Below are positions 61,176 through 64,000 of a stretch of 64,000 nt of DNA, one piece after another. Within the stretch, counting starts at the first letter, position 1; the number at the start of each line of letters is the position of its first letter. The notes under the pieces are model-generated. The model was not told the origin of the DNA, did not search any database, and was given only the letters and a program-made list of their open reading frames with translations. Source of the stretch: Bacteroidales bacterium (lineage in GTDB: Bacteria; Bacteroidota; Bacteroidia; Bacteroidales; Lentimicrobiaceae); assembly GCA_038317155.1 (NCBI GenBank), contig JBBQBC010000001.1, positions 20,531-84,530 on the forward strand, written 5' to 3'. The position numbers and the translations under genes were made by a program.

Positions 61176-61214
61176 CACAAAAAAACCGCCAAGTGTTAAC
61201 TACCGGTTTATATT
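61176..61214 (-). repeat. decayed third copy of the atpC terminator region
   Basis: CACAAAAAAACCGCCAAGTGTTAACTACCGGTTT versus CACAAAAAAACCGGCAGTATTACTGCCGGTTT at 62015. Confidence 0.55.
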
Positions 61215-61313
61215 ATAGATTTACAATGGTCCTGATGAATTCATTCTCTGCTGATGCAGCACTGCAGCAGTCTAAATTGGCATGAGCTAATGTTAAAGTA
61301 CAAAAGGATTAAA

Positions 61314-61571
61314 TTAGTAGTGCCCTTTAACAGAATGAATTATTATCACATTGCCCAGCACTTCATAAATAATCCGGTGCTTCTGGTTAATTCTACGCGA
61401 CCATGTACCTGTGAGGCTATATTTAAGGGGTTCGGGTTTCCCAATACCTTCATAAGGGGCATTGGTTATGGCTGTAACCAATGCTGAAATTTTATCCATC
61501 ACTTTCTTATTGCCTGTACTTTTCCAGAAGTCTATATCCTCTTTGGCTTTATGAGTATAGGCTACTTCCAT
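61314..61571 (-). CDS. yoeB: Txe/YoeB family toxin
   Basis: GIGKPEPLKY...WSRRINQKHRIIY...KGHY. Confidence 0.93.
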   Translation of the reverse strand: MEVAYTHKAKEDIDFWKSTGNKKVMDKISALVTAITNAPYEGIGKPEPLKYSLTGTWSRRINQKHRIIYEVLGNVIIIHSVKGHY

Positions 61572-61771
61572 AGATCTTCCACTTTTATGACTGTGAATTC
61601 ACCATTTTCAAATTGCCCCCGGCTTTCTTGAATTTTATCAACAAACTCAAGATTATACGTTTTCTCGCTGCTAATTTCAAATTTGATTTTCAATGCTTTA
61701 AAAAAAGCTCTCAGGGCATTTGCTTGCTCGATCGTTTCCGGGTGTGCAATAAAAATATTTTTTGATGTCAT
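61562..61771 (-). CDS. putative antitoxin (DUF2683-like)
   Basis: ALKIKFE...YNLEFVDKI...EDLWK; overlaps the toxin start. Confidence 0.78.
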   Translation of the reverse strand: MTSKNIFIAHPETIEQANALRAFFKALKIKFEISSEKTYNLEFVDKIQESRGQFENGEFTVIKVEDLWK

Positions 61772-61877
61772 GATTTTAAATTTTATATGTTTAGTTTCAG
61801 AGCAAATAGTTTCATTTAAGATATCTATTAGCTCTAACGCAACACAGGTTATATTTAGGCGAAAACATCCGTTAGTG

Positions 61878-61885
61878 CAAATTTA
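61878..61885 (-). promoter_or_regulatory. -7 promoter box of the toxin-antitoxin operon
   Basis: TAAATTTG on the minus strand. Confidence 0.5.
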
Positions 61886-62017
61886 CAATAAAACAAACAG
61901 TTTTTACCCAAAATCAAGCTTGTAGTAACCTGATCTTTTGCGAATCCTTTGACTTATAATTCGTTAAGCACATAAAACCATTTCATAATCATATTCCAAT
62001 AATTTTAGTTTATACAC

Positions 62018-62051
62018 AAAAAAACCGGCAGTATTACTGCCGGTTTTTTTT
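62018..62051 (-). terminator. atpDC terminator
   Basis: AAAAAAACCGGCAGTA-TTACTGCCGGTTTTTTT. Confidence 0.85.
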
Positions 62052-62069
62052 ATTCTGAAAAATCAAATT

Positions 62070-62306
62070 TCAATTCGCAAGAATCAACACCTTGTTGTCC
62101 TGAACTTTCAATGTACCACCCTCAATTTCAATAAAAAGGGTGTTTTTGTCATTTTCAATAATTTTTATCTTGCCCTTTTTTAAAGATGCGATCATTGGCG
62201 CGTGTTTATCAAGGATCTCAAAAGAACCGGACGAACCGGGTAACTGAACCAGCTTTACCTCTCCATTGAAAATGGTCTTTTCAGGTGTAATTATTTCCAG
62301 ATTCAT
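62070..62306 (-). CDS. atpC: ATP synthase F1 epsilon subunit
   Basis: Follows atpD; short Bacteroidota-type epsilon subunit. Confidence 0.95.
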   Translation of the reverse strand: MNLEIITPEKTIFNGEVKLVQLPGSSGSFEILDKHAPMIASLKKGKIKIIENDKNTLFIEIEGGTLKVQDNKVLILAN

Positions 62307-62335
62307 ATCGAATAGTTTTAGCAGGTTGTAAGGGT

Positions 62336-63904
<1,569 letters not shown>

Positions 63905-64000
63905 TCAGCAGAAAATTTGTATGAGATCCCTGATTGGGCCTGACAAAACCTTGAAAATATTTTAAATTTTATGTCAGATTCTTTCTGATTGTTTCAGTTT

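Noticed and set aside
61831-61878. attC-like site (GCTCTAAC...GTTAGTGC) next to the toxin-antitoxin pair
   Set aside because: Poor fit to RYYYAAC/GTTRRRY, no inner pairing, no integron integrase, and one arm abuts a promoter box.

Overview
Chromosomal window from a Bacteroidota genome, probably Bacteroidales. This rests on TAnnTTTG promoter boxes, T9SS-type C-termini, and the gene orders GT5-DUF4270-glmS, yceD-rpmF-plsX-fabH, tRNA-Phe/coaX...lptC...ppiD and atpD-atpC. It holds about 50 mostly housekeeping or envelope genes and one tRNA-Phe. I found no integrase, transposase, rRNA or CRISPR array. The most unusual part is the ~8 kb downstream of atpDC, where accessory genes lie between direct-repeat copies of neighbouring gene ends. 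First, the atpD tail, atpC and its terminator are duplicated 7875 bp apart, and the two atpC copies are mosaic. Second, a decayed copy of the GH1 gene's 3' end plus a REP-like motif brackets one orphan gene. Third, another decayed copy of the atpC terminator brackets a YoeB-type toxin-antitoxin pair. Intergenic spaces carry many 7- and 8-mer arrays, nested REP-like palindromes, two MITE-like elements and a covarying hairpin array after tRNA-Phe. Notable proteins are a TetM/EF-G-like GTPase with a non-canonical domain IV loop and a five-module Fe-S/FAD oxidoreductase fusion. All calls come from reading motifs by eye; no database searches were run.
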